Shown in pieces: positions 1 to 43,300 of a stretch of 64,000 bases of DNA (positions within the stretch are counted from its first letter, which is position 1; every line of letters starts with the position of its first letter). This stretch comes from Lama glama. Taxonomy: Eukaryota. A program made the position numbers and the translations under genes. The stretch is from contig CM052816.1 of NCBI GenBank assembly GCA_028534125.1, positions 8,124,001-8,188,000 on the forward strand, in the 5' to 3' direction. The notes below the pieces were generated by a model. The model saw only the letters and a list, made by a program, of their open reading frames with translations, was not told the DNA's origin and did not search any database.

Positions 1-1576
1 GAAGGTGGGTTTTAGGTCTGACAACCAAACTCCATTTCCCTGTTTGTAAAAGGAGGGATGAACAGTGATCTCCCCTTATTCTAAACCATAGGTTCATAAT
101 AAAGGTGAAGGTCATGCAGCCATTTAACTTGTGCCCGTCTGCACACAGTGAGCCTACAGCCGTTCATGGTCAGGGGTCCATGCGGCTTGGCCTGGGGGTG
201 CTGGGTGCGGCATATTCGCACATGGTGGCTGACTAAGCAGGTTCACTGCCTGCCAGAGTGACTTCTGGTACAGCCTTTGTTTAGAATTTTCCACGCCTCT
301 GCTCTCCTTTGATAATTGTGTGCTGACTACACGTGTGAAAAAACCCTTCCACAGCCCCCTCTAAAATGTCTCCCTGTCGCACCCGCCTCTCACAAAGGGA
401 AGAAAGTGAGCAATGACTCCTCTGCCGACCCGGCACCAGGTAGGCTGAGGCTGAGAGCTCATGGGCTGGAGGGTGCAGGACATCCACATATGTCCCGATG
501 CCGCCCCTGACTTCCAGATGACTGGCAGATCTCCTCTCCATCTGGGGCCTCAAGGGCACAAAAGCGACTACACACTGGGCTCTGGGAGGTGCTGGGTGGC
601 TTGGTCCTGTTCAACATCAGGAGCCAGGGCTGGCCCTGCGGTGGGCCTGCAGCAGTGCATGCCCCAGAGCTCTGGTGGGCCAGGGGAGGTAGGCAGAGGG
701 GGTCCCAGGACAGATGGAGGCCCAATTCAGTCCTGTGGGGCTTCTGGCAAGGACAGGAGTAGAGAAGGCTACACAAGGCTTGGCAAGGATGGTAGAGAAA
801 AAGGCTGAGGAGGACACTGTACCTGGGAAAACTCTTTCCCTGCAGCCCACTTCTCTGCTTCCTGTCTACAAACACCCTAGAATACCAAGGCTGGGGAACC
901 CCTAGAGCTGTCCCAGGTGTGCCCTGTGAGACACCTGTCCTTTAACGCTGGCAGAGTCAGAGGTGACTGATGCCCCAGGCTGGGTGACCTGAGCACTCCA
1001 GACTGCCCCCAAAATACCACGTGGCTATTTTGTTTCCATGTACAGATGATAACCACACATAGAAAACTGCCTGGATGCACCACCCCCCGCCCCCGCCCCA
1101 TACGGTTAAGACACCGAGGCCCAGAGCGGCCAGGGGTTTCTTTGAGGCTTCGGAGCCAGTCAGTCCCTCGCCCAGGGTCTTCCTCATGTGCTGGAGACTT
1201 CTCCAAATGTGGCCCCGCCCTCCATCTGAGCTATCCTGAAGTCCCTACACCCCTCATCATGAGCCCATTTGTTAGGAAGAAAAGTCAACAGGGACAGCTA
1301 CAGAGAGCCAAGGTCTAAGCTTTAAGTCAAGGTGCATGTCATCTAAGGCAGGGGTCCATCACCCTGCCAGGTGCACCAGCATTCCACAGGAGCCAGACAC
1401 CTGGGGTGGGCCCCCCGCAGTTTCATGAGCACCTCCAGGCCTGACATAGGGGTACCAGGCCTCACTCGGGGAGGCCCTGCTGGCAGACAGGATCCTGCTG
1501 GTGGGACTGCTCCTGAGGGAGGGACTGCCTTGTCACTCCATGTCTGGATGTGTCCTCGCTGCAGCCCTTGACTCAC

Positions 1577-31385
<29,809 letters not shown>

Positions 31386-31574
31386 GAATGACTCCTTAAA
31401 TCCTTCAGACTGACTCCTTCAAGGGATTTGTCTTCCGCTTAGATGTCTGACAGCTGCAATCGCGTTTTACTCATCTCTGAATTTCCTAATCTGCATCTCT
31501 CTCTAGGCCCGAACTTCCAGTTACCCACTCATTTATTCATTTCACAGATTTTTTTAGAACCCATGAACTATTTG

Positions 31575-34500
31575 TCATCATTCATTCACTGAACAAATCC
31601 TTATTGAGCACCGTACTTTGGGCTAGCGCTTGTCTAGAACTGGGGGATAAAAAGTTGAATAAGACCTGGGAACTGCTCTCAAAGCTCACAGGGCAGGAGA
31701 GAGACAGTCGGCAACCAAAAAACTATGGTTCAGTGCCTTCTGTGCGTTGTCCGGGACAGGCTTAGCCTATGGAAGCAGGAAGGAGGGGCCCCTAACCCCA
31801 AAGAGACATCTAAGCTGATGCTTAAAGATGGAGTAGGAATTTCTAGGTGCAGATGAGAGGACTGGCATCCCAGGCAGAGGTCACTGCATGAGTACAGACA
31901 GGAGAAACCACACTGGTACAGGCTGGGAAACACAAACGTAAAACCGAGTCTGTACTGCTGGGCTGTAGAGTTGAGGGGAAGAGGGAACGAGTGAGGCACA
32001 AAAGAATGGAGAAGTTAACAGGGCCTATAGCACCCTCTCCCCTCAGCAGAGTTTGCACTCTGTTCCAAGGGCAATATAGACTCTGACTGGTTTTATGCAG
32101 GAGGGTGACCTGGGTATGTGTTTTTAAAAGACTGCTATGACCCAAGCATGGAGGATGGATTTGTGGAGAACAAAGCTAGACGTGAGGGTGTTGTAGTTGT
32201 GGAGGGGAGGTTGGCAGGGAGAGGGTGAGCAAGGCTGGGGAATATTTGAATCACCAGTTCTTAACTTTATGGACCCATTGAGAAACTGAGGACAACATGA
32301 ACCACCTAGCCTTTGCTGTAGAAAATTTTGAAGGTGTCCAGACCCATAACATTTTCCATCCAATTTTAGGACACATACCTGAACCTTCTAGACTTAGGAA
32401 CTGCTGCTCCAGGAAGAAACAGGGACAGGACCAGGTGATTGTTGGAAGGTGGTGAGTGAGCAAGAGGGAGGGGACTAATGTACATTCAGCTATATAGCAA
32501 ACATTTATTGAGCACCTACTATTGGGGATAAAACTGTCTCTAGCCCAACAGAGTTTATAGTCTAATCTGGGAGACACAAACTAAACAAATGGTCATACAA
32601 ATATATTGTTACAAACAGTAAGTGCAGAAAGGAAAAGGGATAGTGTTTTCTTATGGAATAGTAGAGTGTTTAAAACTATGCTGGAGTCATACTAGTTGGG
32701 TTCAAATTCCAGCTTTGCCTCTCATTAACCAGGTGACCTTGGTGCATTACATAACTTCTCTGTGCCTCAGTTTCTTCACCTGTAAAATAGAGATAGTTAT
32801 AAATTCTAGCTCATAGGATTGTTGCGAGGAGGAAATCAGGTCTAAGCAGAAGTGCATAGAAGAGTTCCAAAGGATAGCGCTGCGCTCGTGTGTATGTTAG
32901 CCGTTACTGTGAAAGCATTTGACAGGAAGGAGGGATTGATCTCTTCTGAGGGGTTAGGGAAGGATTCCCTGAGGAAGTGATATTTGTGAGGAAATCTGAA
33001 TGATGTGCAAGAGAGGATGGGGTATGGGGGGAATCCTAGGCAGACAAAAGAACCTGTGCAAAGGGCCTGAGGCAGAAGGTATAGCTGAGAGAAGAGGCAA
33101 GAAAAGGCCTTTGTAGCAGAACCCACGAGGGAGAGCAGAGAATAAGGGAGTGTAGAAGGTGAGCAGAGACAGATTCCACATTAAGGATCTTTCTCTTCAT
33201 CTTCAGAGTGATGGGAAGCCACTGACAGTGTAGGCCTAAGAAGGACAGGATGACATTTGCATTTTAATGTGACCTGTGTGAATGCCTAGTGAAAAGTGAA
33301 GTGTATATGAGTAGATGCAAGACAACTTAAGGTCAGGGGTGCAAGCAGGCATCTGGGGAGAACATCATGGGGGCAGGGCCAGTGGCAGTGCAGCTGTACA
33401 GCGGTGGAAGATTCCAATCATCAGGAAATAAAATCATCATAGAGATGTGTAGGAATGGAGGGTAATGGAGAGGGAGTGTCAGGTTGGACTCTGAGGTTTC
33501 TGGGCAAACAGGCAGGCAGTGGTTTTCACTGAGACAGGGGAAACTGGAGACAACTGGGATGGGGTGGGGGGGCGGATGAGTGCAAAGAGGAGGAGGGGGG
33601 AGTGAAAAGTGCAAGTTCCACTTTAGACATGGTGAGCTCGAAAGGCCTTCGGGACACTGCGTGTAGATGTTGAGTAGGCACGTGGAAGCCTGGGTTTGGA
33701 CTCACATGAGGATGGGAAGTTGTCAGTAGAGAGATAATCACGAGAATGAGGGCTGGATTGCTCAGAGAGATGAAGTTGGAAAGAGAAGAGAAGGCACCCC
33801 AGGATGGAGCTCAGAGGCACACCCACAGGTTAGGGCTGTGAAAATGAGGATATACCTGCAGAGGCTGAGAAGGAGGGACCGAGAGGTGGGAGAAAACCCA
33901 GGAGAGTGCGCGTAGGGAAGGAAATGAAAGGAAGGAAGCCAAGAGTATCAGGAGGGTGAGAGGAGTCAACGGGGAATGCTCTGAGAGTTGAGAAGGATGA
34001 GGATGGAACCACCAGCTTTGGTTCATGACAGGCATGGGGACTGTTGGTGGCTTTAGGGAGCGTTGTTCTGCAATGATCAGTACATATATGTAAACTAAAA
34101 AAAAAATGTGCAGTATATTGTATATATGTATTTAAATGCAATATAATGTATATGTGCAGTCAAACTGTAATAATTCTACCTAATAAAACTAAAAAAGGAA
34201 AGAAATCTCACTTTAAAAAAAGGAGTGCTGTTTTCTGCAGAGTGATGGAGAGGGTCAGATAGCAGTGGTCTGAAAGCAAGGGGTGAAGGAGGCAGTGGGT
34301 CTTTTGAGAATTTGTGTGAAGGGGAGGAGAGAGATGCTGTGATGTGGTCAGTGTGTGTGGTGGGGGGAGGCACATTAAAAGGTGGAAGAGACCTGAGTTT
34401 GTTTTCAGGCTGATGGCAGGTTAAAGGGAGAGATTAATGAAGGGTGTGGGAAATAGGGGAGATAATCAGTGGGCGATGATCACGAGCGTGTGCGAGGCGA

Positions 34501-34780
34501 TGGGATCAGGCACGTAGGTGGAGGGGTTGGTCTGGTAAAGGAGGAGGGATGACTTCTCTCGAACCGAAAGAAGGAACAAAGAGAGGACGGGTGCAGATGT
34601 AGATGTAGGTTTGTAGTGGGATGTTAAGGGAGATTTCATCTTGAGCTGCTATTTTTTTCTGCAAAGTGGGAGGTGAGGTCTTCTGCTGAGAGCGAGGAAG
34701 AGGTGGTGAGGAGTTTGAGGGAAGGAGGAGAGTTTGCATTCAGAGACTTGAGGAGCAAACTTGCCCACGAAATCCCCAAC
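31575..34780 (-). mobile_element. Fragmented L2 LINE(s) with nested MIR
   Basis: CATTCATTCA..CAAAT..TTATTGAGCAC L2 3' end (also at about 32500); long purine-rich antisense L2 body; MIR at about 32690-32830. Confidence 0.7.
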
Positions 34781-37700
34781 TGCCTGACAGTGTTGACAAC
34801 CCAGCTGGTTGTGGTCACTAAATGCCGTGTGTCCTGTCAGCTGGGTGATTTCCCCCACCATGGCTCACCTGCCCACATGCAAGCAGGGGAAAGTACTTAG
34901 TGGGGTTTACCCAGGCCCAGGGCTTTGCCAGATGGTTAGGGGGAAAGGGCACAGGGATCTAAAGTTTTGGGAAAAGAGATGCCCAATTTTGGGGCCCTGG
35001 ATCTAGGCTGGGCAGAGAGGGAATTGAAGACAGATGGAGTCAATTTTCAGGGAGAGTGAAAGCCTTTGTGGACTGGGCAGCCACAAGGTCAATAACCAAG
35101 AACCTGAGCTCAGAGAGGACTAGCAACTCGAATTGATGGTTATGCCCCGGTTACTGACTGGGTGGCTGGATGGGCCACTCACTGAGGTAGTGAACAGGGC
35201 GATGAGCGTGCAAATCATTGGGAAGATGGAAGATTTTTTTCATCCCTCCAAGAACCAGTTTTCATCCCCTTAGCCCCAGCTGAGAATGCCTGCCTTAGTA
35301 AATTCCCTGAAGGCAGACTAGGGGTCCTCCTGTTGGCTGTGTTATCCCCAGTCCTAGTCAATAAGTACTGGCCAATGATGGGAGCTTATAGCCCGTCTCC
35401 TGTAGAAGAGGGGAGGGCAGAACAGGCAGGGCATACACCGTGAATCCAGGCCTGGACACAGAAATGTAGAAGACTTCTAGGAGGCAGTAGAGAAGGAACT
35501 GGGTCTTCCATCTCTCTCTGACCTTGGAAGAAATAGAGAACTGGTATCTGGTATTAAATTTAAAAAAGAAAAACAAAGACAAACCAGGATGGTTTAATAC
35601 CTTTTGTCTGGCAACAGGTTGTTTGTTTTTGTTTTGTTCCTAATAAAACTCATTTTAGGCACTTAGGTTTTATCCTTGGCTCCTGGGAGGCTGCCTCTTC
35701 TGTGGACAATTTCTTTATTTCCTTGATTTTCCAAATCATCCCCTTCACTGAATTGCCTTGGGGCCCAAGCACAAAATCAAAACATTAAACTGATCAAATA
35801 TAACATGGCAACAATTAAGACAGCAACAAACAAAACAGTGCATTAAAAAAAAATTGGCCTCAGAGCATTTTTCCACCAGTTAGAAAAAAGATGTCTTTGT
35901 TAGTGGTAGAAGCCAGAAGCTTCCAGACCACTCAACTGTGAGTGCCTCTTGGGTAAGCAGTATGCCTTAATTGTCCTGAATTCTCCAGCAGGGCTCTCAG
36001 GAAATGAGTGAAGGAAAGACTGTCAGTAGAGGGGAAGGAAACTAAGCAGGTAGGGCTGTATACCCTTCTCTTCCCAGCAGGAGTGGCTTCTGCACAGAGG
36101 TGGGAGGCAGCACCATACAGGGAGAGGTTATTGGGCCAGGAGTCAGGAAACTACATTTTTGGCCTGACTGTGCTGTGTGACCTTGGGCCAGTCTCTTGCC
36201 CTCTCTGATCTTCAACATTTCTTTTGGTTGGAGAGGTTGGACAAGAACCTTCCAAGACAGACACTCTCAAGAGAAAAGCCCACCTGGGAAGGCTGCTTTT
36301 GCCATCAGAATCCAAAGACAGCCCCTTCATCCACTGTGACAAAGGGTTCTCTCTGTGCCAAGTCACATGCGCCAGCAGATTTCCTATGGCCTCCTTCCCT
36401 CTCCTGGGATGACAATTTCTCTCTTTCCTTTTTTTCAACCTCACTGGAGATTTTAAAGGTTATACAAGATTTAAAAGTTACTAAAGTAACAAGTCAAACA
36501 ATTCATAGATATATAAAGACCAAGTTACTCTTTCCCTCTCTCATCCATTCCCAGCACACTTCCCCACACTCAGCCCCTCCCTTCCCCAAACAATCTTAGT
36601 GGCCTGACGTCAGATCCCTGCCCGTCCTTCCTCTGTGCTGACACAGACATGCTTCATAGGGTTTCAGTGCTCTTTTCCGTTCTCTCTTCCTTCTTCTTTA
36701 TTTTTTTTTTTACAAAAGGGGATCGTACTAAAGACACAAATCTGTAATTTGCTTTTTTCATTTAATAACACAGCAGAGCCATTTCTCCAGACAGGTGGAT
36801 CTGCCACGGCCTTTTGAGTAATAGTGACAGCTCACATTTGTGCAGTGGGTACCATGAGCCAGCACTATGCATCCTAGGAAACATGTAGCTGGTTATCAGC
36901 CCTGTTTATAGATGAGGAAACTGAGGTCCAGAGAGGCCGCACAGCCAGTGGGCGGCAGGATTCAGACAGGCTCCAGCAGCTGGATGCTCTCAGCCAGTTC
37001 CCGGTGGGATGACTGACAGACAGAGGTGGCAGATGTGAGATAGGCTTGTTCCTTCTAGTTGCTTCACTACTACAACAGGGCCACTCTAAACCTAGTAAGT
37101 ACAGCCATACAGACCAGAGCTTTAATTTTTGAATTCTGAATTTTAATTTGGGATTGGAATCAAAAGTGGGCTGGATGAGAGGCATGGGTTTATGTTAATA
37201 GCTAAAGCCAGACTAAATGCCACAGGGGTTGAAGCAATCCACAGTCTCATCAGCATCATTTCTTCTTTATCTGGTTTCATTTTTCAGAGCTGAAACGGTC
37301 CTTGCAGGGCATGGAGCCCAGTTCTCGCCTCTTGCCCATAAGGAAACAGATGTAGGAACTGACTTCGTGAGGTCCCCAGTGGGGTAGAAGCAAAGTGGGC
37401 CCTGTCCCTCTTCGCCTGGATCACTGCCACATCTGCTCTTCCCTCCAGGTGGCCTCTGCCTCCACTCTCCTCTCCCCTGTCTGTTCTTCACACTGCATTT
37501 GGCCTTGCACCCCTCCTCTGCTTTCCAAACCTCCCCCAGATGAACCACTGACCACGGGATCAAATCACAGCTTCCTAATAGGCATTCAAGACCATTCCAG
37601 TCTATTCACCCTTCAAAGCCAAGTGCAAATGCCGCCTCCTCAATGATGCCTTCCCTGACTACCCCAGCTTCTCATCTCCACCTCGTCATCTGCAAGGAGG

Positions 37701-37954
37701 TCCTTTCTTTCCCTACATTGCAGAAGGACTGGCCAGGAGGGGGCAGTGCACAACCAAAGGAAGGTATCCCTAAAGGTCAAGGTCACCAGGGCGCCGGGAA
37801 CCCACGGTGGGCCCTGTGGTGTGCACCCCTTTCTCTCCAGTGTGGATGCCTGTGAGAATACGAGGACCACCCCCAGTGGTGTGACCTTTGGCAAACCCCA
37901 CCTCTCCCTGCACCTCAGTCTCTATCCCTGTAAAACAAGAGGGATGGACCAGTT

Positions 37955-38231
37955 CAGTGTTTCTGAAAAGTATGGTAATGTACAAAGTGACTTCAGGAGA
38001 TAAAGAGATGGACATTTAAAAATGGAAATCATTATGTATTTATTTTGAAGTGTATTGGACAAAAAATAACTAGCACATCAAACCTGTTATTTCACAGATA
38101 TGATTGCTTAGAGTGGGGCTAAAGTAGGCATTCGAGTAAAAAAACAGTGAGTCAATGTAAAAGAAAGTATCAATTAAATAATAGTACAGGTGGTAAGACC
38201 GCGGTGAATGGCTGCAATTGGGAAAACACTG
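37955..38231. mobile_element. hAT-Charlie-like non-autonomous element
   Basis: Terminal inverted repeats CAGTGTTT ... AAACACTG around an AT-rich body. Confidence 0.6.
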
Positions 38232-39389
38232 GTCTGCCTCTGACGTTCTAGGATTCTGTGATTTGCAGTGACTCCTGCCCTCACTGGGGGTCAGGTAGGA
38301 AGGAAAGGGAAGAGCTGCCTCTAGGAGCTGGGCTGACGGTTCTTGGGGTGGAGGGACAGGAATTCAGCAGATGGGCTGTGCCCCCTACCCTCAGCCCCTC
38401 CTTTACCCGTGGAGGGTATGAGTGCTTGCCCCTCTCCCCGCCTTCTTTCTCAGCTTCCCTGCAGTTACCAAGGAGTGGGAGGCTGAGAGGGGCTGCATTC
38501 TGGAAGCTCATCTGCTCCCTCATTCTCACCCAGCACCCGGCTTGGCATAAACTATTCAGGGTGATGATTAACAAGGATGCAGAAAGGCGCTGGGGGCGGA
38601 GACAGAAAATAAGGCAGTGTGGACAGTTTTCTCACAGACATGAATGTCCAACCTGGAATGACCGTCGAATGATTGCCAGACTAGCCCAGGTATTGGAATG
38701 AACTGGTGATTCACTAGAAAGACAATTCCAGGGCTCACCTCAGGCAGTTCCAATTACAGGCCCCTACATCTGTGTCTTTCAAAGCTCCCTAGTCAATGCT
38801 TATGCTTCTAGGTTTGGAACTACCACGTTTGATCACCCATCTCCCTCCGTGCACCTGGAGAGACATTGAGGCTCAGAGAGGTTGTGTCACTTACCCAGAG
38901 TCACCCAGTAAATCAACAACATATGTCCTCACTCCCAGCTCAGTTCTTTCCACTGAGCATCCCTTGTTGAGTCTAGTCCACAGTTAGCAAAGAGAAATCC
39001 GCTGACAAACGTGGTGCGGTTTCTTTGAGACTTCTTTGCCTCCAGGCTTCTCAAGGACTTTCCACAGAAAAGAACATGCTGTGTGTGCAGCCATCTGCTG
39101 AGAGGGCCGGGAAGGGTGATGAAGGGTGGGGAGGGATGGCAACGGAGCGGGTGGCTGAGAGATGTGGGCTCCTCTCTGCAGTTGGCAGCCTGCACAATTA
39201 GCCTGCTGAGGGCAGGAGCCAACTCGGATGTATGCCACCAATTGTTGGGTTTTCACATGGGCTCCTAAAAGAACAGAACTAGGAGCAATGACTAGGAGGA
39301 AATTTCAGATCAAATTTTTGAACAGTGATCACTGACCTGGGAGACAATTGACCCTAGAGCCACTATCCAGCTCTCTGCTTTATTATAAA

Positions 39390-40340
39390 ATATTTAACAT
39401 GAAAAATATAGGGACAAATACATACAGCTCCCTTGTTCCCAGGACCTAGATTATGAAACAAGACATCACAAATAAATAGGAGCTTCTCAGCCCATTTCAC
39501 TCCCTCCTACCTAGAGAGTCACCACCCCATTCCCTGAGGTTGGTGTGAATCCTTCCTGCACAGATTTTCATATTTATGCTATGTATGTGTATATTCATAG
39601 AACGTATAAAGTGTTGCTTTGCAGATTTTTAAAGTTTTCATAAACGATACAATATTGTACATCGCCTTCTGCAACTTGTTTCCGTTCAACATTTTTATCT
39701 GAAATGTATCCACGTTGACATGCAGAGCTCTGCAGAATACACTGTCACTCTTCCAATCCATTTCATTATATGGATCACAATCATTAATCCATTCTCTTGT
39801 TGATGGGCACTTGAGTTATTTCCAGGTTCCCACCATACAGACCACGCTGCCATGGACATCCTTGCATCTGAAGGCCTGGCCAGTTTCTGTTGCTTCACAG
39901 CCAGACTCAGGCTGACAATTGTCAGACTTCGGAATTTATGCCACTCTGAGAGGGGCCAAATGCCTCTCATTCGTATTTTTAATTTGTATGCCTCTGATTA
40001 GTGGAGCTGAAACTTTTTTTTATCATTTAATGGGCCTTTTGGATTTCCTCTCCTGTGAACTGCCTTTGCATCCTGGCCCATGTTTCCCTGGGTTGTTTGC
40101 GACGTTCTTATTGATTTGTGGCAGCTCTAATCCTGGGTCTGAGGCTATAATCTTATGCCAGTCGGTGGCTTATCTTTTCACTTTATTCATGGAGTCTTTT
40201 GATGCACAACGGTTTCATGTCCCCTCTATGCTCCTTAATGGAGTCACTGGGGATTGAACCCAGGACCTCACGCATGCGAAGTGCTTGCTCTACCACTGTG
40301 CTATACCCCTCACCCTGGGTTTGACATTTTAATATAACCA
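39390..40340 (-). mobile_element. Old L1 (L1M) 3' region
   Basis: ATCCATTCTCTTGTTGATGGGCACTTGAGTTATTTCCAG and other typical L1M antisense motifs. Confidence 0.7.
40235..40315 (-). mobile_element. Vic-1-like SINE inserted in L1 remnant
   Basis: GGGATTGAACCCAGGACCTC...CTCTACCACTGTGCTATACCC. Confidence 0.8.
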
Positions 40341-43300
40341 GCAGTGCTGATCTCTTCCTCTGCGGTCTGAGCTTCCGAGGGCTGCAGAAGCTGAGACCAT
40401 TTTGTGGGAGTAGCGCCCTCCTCGGGGGGCCTTGCAGTGGAGGGAGAGGAGAGTGGGTCCTCCAGCTGGACCAGCCTGGGCTGCATTCAGACTGACAGAT
40501 TTACAGGCGAGGTGATCTTGGGAGGGAGTTAGTTTACTTCTGGGCTCCTCACTTGTGAAATAGGGATAAGGACAGTCTCGCGTTCTCTAGGGGGGCTGGG
40601 AGGCAGCGGGCAGTGGCAGAAAGTCCTGAGGCCCCAAGGCGAGGGAGGACTCACTGAGAAAAGTCTCTGGGGAAGCTGTCCCCTGAGACCCATTCGGTGT
40701 GGCTGCCCCAACCTTGTCTGGCCAAAGGGATCCACAAACCTCTTCACATTTTACTATCTCTCGGAGTGGAGCTGGGTCTCTGGAGGAACTGGGATGGGGG
40801 AACCCAGGTCTACCATCCCCAGGTCCTAAGGCCGTGTTTGATGACTCCGGAGGCAGGGATGTGTGTGGAGTGGCATCCTGTTCTCGCACGAGTGGCGGGA
40901 GGACACACACCACAGCTGCTGAAAGCTGTCCATTCACCCGTGGCAACAAGCTTGGGAGAGCATCTGATGGCTCCAAGGGAAATATTTGTCTGGGGAAAGA
41001 AAGGGGCACATGTGCCCAGTCACTTTCACTCACATGTGACCACATGACAGCCCACACAAACAAGTCTCTTGAGGTCACAGCAGGGAGGGCATTCCTGTTA
41101 CCTCCAAGTAATTCCTCCCGGACACAGCACCCTGTTGGGAGGTGGGCGAGCAGAGCACTCTCGGGTCAGCAGCCTCTCGGATGAGGCCAAGAGCCATGGT
41201 CAACAGGGCCAGAAGATGCCTCTTTATTCACTCCACTTCCTGACCCCAAGTTACCGCTACTGACACCATCACCACCGTGGAGGGGTCAGCTTGCTCAAAT
41301 CCCCAGCACACTGGGATGGCAGTCAGCAGCACTGTTTACATCAAAACTCATTTCTGGAGTAGGTGATACAAACACATGGTGCAAAACTGTAAAGGTACAG
41401 AAAGAATGCAGAGAAAGGTAAGTCTCCCAGCTCCCCACCCCTCCCCCAGCGTCCCAGGAGGCAGCAATGTTCCCAGAGAGTATATACATATATGTCTGTA
41501 CATGACGTTGATAGTGGCACATTCTACACACTGTGGTAAACCTTATTTTTTTTCCTTCCCGATCTTCTCTCTCCCACGTTTAGGGCCTGGACTTTAACAG
41601 GCAGGAGTATACGTTTGAAGAGTGATGGATTAGTGAATGGGGTGGTGGATGAATGAATGCTGTTCGTCCAGGTTTAGGCCTTCTGTGCTCTGCATTTTGA
41701 GACCCATCCCTGACCTTGGGAGGGTCACTCTTCCTTTGCATGTCGCTGCAGGTGGGTGAACGCAGGCCTTCTTGACCCTGGCACAGAGCCATAATGGGGG
41801 AACTAAGTGAACCAGGCAGCTGAACAGCTTAATTGTCATTTCCACCAGCAGATGGTTACCAGGGAAACTCAAAGAATGTTAGAACTGGGAGGGGCTTTTC
41901 AGCGATGTGGAGGCAGCCCGACAGAATCTCAGATGGGTTGGGGGGGAGGCTCACAAGTTCTTTAAGACTTTAATTTTTTCATGTTCAATGATATCTAAAA
42001 CAATTAATTATATTTTTGGCTCATCAGGTTGTCTGCCTGATAACATTGTGTGGCCACATGACTATACCCTTGTTGGTGTTTGTATTTATGATCACATAGG
42101 GACTGGAATAATCAATGATTCCACAGCTTCTGAATAAACCAAGATTGTCACGTAGATCAAACCCAGCAGGTTCTTCTGTTTTGTGTCTGCGGACCCCTGC
42201 AGTTAAGATCCCTGGATATATTCTTAGGATTGGTGAGATTTTTTTGTGTGTGTGAGAGAATTTTTTAAAGTCATCTGTACATTACTCTGGTACCAAAAAC
42301 CCTGGTGAAGGTAAGAGGATGCCAGGCAAGGGTCAGGAGCCTGGATGCAGGCCCTGTCTCTGCCTCTGATTGGCTGGGTCACCTGGACTCTTCTGTCTCT
42401 TCTGCTTTAATTTGCCCATCAATAAAATAGGGATCAGAATGCCTTCCTCGCAGGGTATTATGAAGGCAAAATGAGACAGTGAATGTGAAAGTTCAGTCTT
42501 TACAAGCATGTTCAGCCCTCTCGTTTTACGAAAGAGGGAGACGAGGCCAGAGGAGGTGAAATGACTTTTCCAACAGTAGTTATCTGCTGAGCTGAGCTGG
42601 GAACTCAGGCTCCCAAACCCGCCTGGCACCTTCCCCAGTGCCCGGGCACCTAGGCCATTAGCAGTAATGGTGTGATTCTAATTCTGGAAAGTGTCATAAT
42701 AACTTCTAAGGTGGGGCCTGCCACTATTTGGGCAAATCTACTATCTTTATTTTTATTTGTTAAAGAGATTGAATTAAGGAAACCAGACAAATATATGAGC
42801 ACGTTGAATTCCCCACAGCTATAGCTCTCTTCCTGGAGCAAAACCAAATTCTTCCTCAGGCAAAAGGTCCAACAGGAGGCCAGTAGAGACAGAACACCAC
42901 CCAAGCACTGCAGTGCCAACACTTTGATTTTCTACTTTGCCAGGGTGGAGGGCCACTGGGCCAGGCGCATGGGCTTCAGTTCAGCACCTGCTGCTCTGGG
43001 GGTGTGGTTTCAGGGTCTGGGTCACCCAAGGTGAGCTCCAGAAAGCAGGGACCGTGTCTGGTCAGTGCTGTTTCTCCCAGACTCAAGGCCTGGCATACAG
43101 TAGGTGCTCAATCAATGTTTTGAGACTGAAGGAATGAGTGGCGTCACGTTCTTTGTGTTTAAAGACTTGGAGGGGCCTCTCAGGGGAGATGTGTCTCCCT
43201 CACAAATCGTCACTCAAAATTAGGAGGTCAGAAAGTAAGAGAGCTCGGTGGAGAAATGGCTTCTCGCCTGGATTTCAGGGACCAGGCAGGAGGGAAGCAG

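Noticed and set aside
459..875. ORF containing GQPW, superficially like the next TCOF1 exon
   Set aside because: Surrounding sequence does not resemble the treacle C-terminal exon as I recall it; the true exon is probably left of the window.
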